Under the pieces are notes generated by a model. It was not told the origin of the DNA, did not search any database, and worked only from the letters and a program-made list of their open reading frames with translations. DNA of 36,546 nucleotides. It comes from Candidatus Aminicenantales bacterium (GTDB lineage Bacteria > Acidobacteriota > Aminicenantia > Aminicenantales > Saccharicenantaceae). The stretch spans positions 1-36,546 of the forward strand of contig JBEKXF010000033.1 of assembly GCA_049512315.1 (NCBI GenBank), in the 5' to 3' direction. Both the position numbers and the translations under genes were made by a program. Below, piece by piece: positions 35,165 to 36,546 of this stretch; the stretch's first letter is position 1, and each line of letters opens with the position of its first letter.

Positions 35165-36546
35165 ATGCAAAGAAGACGCGTCATCCTCACCGCAGCGCTT
35201 TCTATTTTTTGTCTTCTCGCCGTGTTTCTGACCGCCGGCGCCGAAACGCGGCGGGCGCTCCTCGTCGGAATCGATAAATACGATCCCCCTTCGGGCGCAA
35301 AGCCCGGTCCAACCAAGGCGATTCACGGCTCCACCAAGAGGGTCGCCGTCAAAGGGAATTCCAAGCGCCAGCAGTTTGAATCGCTCGACGGCGCCGTGAG
35401 CGACATGGACGGGATGAAAATTCTCCTGACGGACAAGTTTGGATTCCGCGAGGGCGACATCAAGACTCTCACGAACCAGGAGGCAACGGCGGACGAGATC
35501 CTGAGCGCCATTCAAAAGCACCTGATCGATAGCGCCCAACCCGGAGATGTCAGCCTGTTTTATTACGCGGGCCATGGCTCGCTCATGCGCAATCTCAGTA
35601 CGCCGAAGCAATCAGGGTACGACTCGACAATTGTCCCGGCGGACTGGTGGCGGGGGACCCCGGACATCCGTGATAAGGAGCTGGCGCGTTTGTTCCGCAA
35701 GGCCGTGCAGAAAGGGATTGCCCTTACGGTCATCGCCGACAGCTGTCACAGCGGTTCTCTCCTCCGGGGCGGGTTAAAGATGCGCGAAATTCCCGGGGAC
35801 GCCGGCTTTTACGTGGAGGATCCTCCCGACCGCGATCAAGCCGGCCATGCGCTTCCCAATCCCGAAGAGGAGGGGGCCCTGGTGCTTTCAGCAGCGCAGG
35901 ACTATCAGAGTGCGGCCGAGATCGCCACGGACTCGGGTTGGCACGGCGTTTTCACCTGGGCGCTTCTGCAGATTTTGCGATATTCCCCGGAGAACGAGCC
36001 CATGTCCCGGATATTTGAGCGGGTCCGTGCGCTGGTGCAGTCGGAGGAGCCGGTCCAGGAGCCGGTCATGGCCGGGAAGGGGCGCACCGAGCGGGGCTTA
36101 TTTGGGCAGCCTGCGGATTTGACGAGGAGCATAACAGTTGCGGCTCGGAAAGTCACGGGAACGGCGGTTGAGCTTCAGGGCGGGCAGGTGGTCGGGCTGG
36201 CGAAGGGATGCGAGCTGGTGAGAATGCCAAGGTCATCCGACGAGACGCCGGTTCGGATCGAGATAACGGACGTTACAGGCCTGAGCAAATCCGTGGCCCA
36301 GGTCCGTTCGGGGCCGCCGGAGAGCGTCCGCCCCGGAGACTTGTTTCGGCTCGACAAGTGGGTGCAGCCGGAAGAAGGAATTTTGCGCGTTTACCTCCCC
36401 CCGAAGCCGCCATCACTGGCGCGGATCATGGCCGTGGCCAAATCAGTGGCCGAACTGCAGCTGCCCGGCTGGGTGGAAGACCCGACGGTCACGCCGCCGG
36501 ATTTCATCATGGGCTGGAACGGATCGGAATGGGTGCTGGCGCGCAA
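35165..36546 (+). CDS. Exported caspase/metacaspase (peptidase C14) multidomain protein; 3' end outside the window
   Basis: Not in the ORF track. Manual translation: MQRRRVILTAALSIFCLLAVFLTAGA|ETRRALLVGIDKY, LDGAVSD, LFYYAGHGS, IVPAD, IADSCHSGSLSRG, HGVFTWALL, QEPV. Confidence 0.92.
   Translation, partial: MQRRRVILTAALSIFCLLAVFLTAGAETRRALLVGIDKYDPPSGAKPGPTKAIHGSTKRVAVKGNSKRQQFESLDGAVSDMDGMKILLTDKFGFREGDIKTLTNQEATADEILSAIQKHLIDSAQPGDVSLFYYAGHGSLMRNLSTPKQSGYDSTIVPADWWRGTPDIRDKELARLFRKAVQKGIALTVIADSCHSGSLLRGGLKMREIPGDAGFYVEDPPDRDQAGHALPNPEEEGALVLSAAQDYQSAAEIATDSGWHGVFTWALLQILRYSPENEPMSRIFERVRALVQSEEPVQEPVMAGKGRTERGLFGQPADLTRSITVAARKVTGTAVELQGGQVVGLAKGCELVRMPRSSDETPVRIEITDVTGLSKSVAQVRSGPPESVRPGDLFRLDKWVQPEEGILRVYLPPKPPSLARIMAVAKSVAELQLPGWVEDPTVTPPDFIMGWNGSEWVLAR

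Overview
GC-rich bacterial window; gene content suggests an Acidobacteriota/Aminicenantes-like diderm (inference). (1) 1-1048: truncated namZ. (2) 1254-11559, the main candidate novel system. The + strand encodes a signal-peptide metallophosphatase fused to a degenerate kinase domain, an NTT/TLC (ATP/ADP-translocase-like) transporter, and two signal-peptide atypical kinases with FAM20C/CotH/PI3-4K-type motifs. Converging on the - strand are STAS, NTT-HEAT, FHA-GAF-PP2C and RsbW-like genes. This suggests ATP-fed periplasmic phosphorylation coupled to a cytoplasmic partner-switching module. (3) 11.7-16.8 kb: a tautomerase, two APC permeases and a lipoprotein. (4) 17.0-22.9 kb: a heavy-metal RND efflux operon led by a His/Cys leader ORF whose 3' end is complementary to the next gene's SD. 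(5) 23-28 kb: decayed mobile DNA, with gene fragments, an IS481 relic, a candidate sRNA, a xis-HExxH-integrase stub and a tRNA-Leu 3'-half att site. (6) 28.4-36.5 kb: island cargo comprising a dienelactone hydrolase, an OM barrel, and an exported TPR-CHAT / Tat-substrate / caspase cluster. All calls come from reading motifs by eye; no database searches were run.
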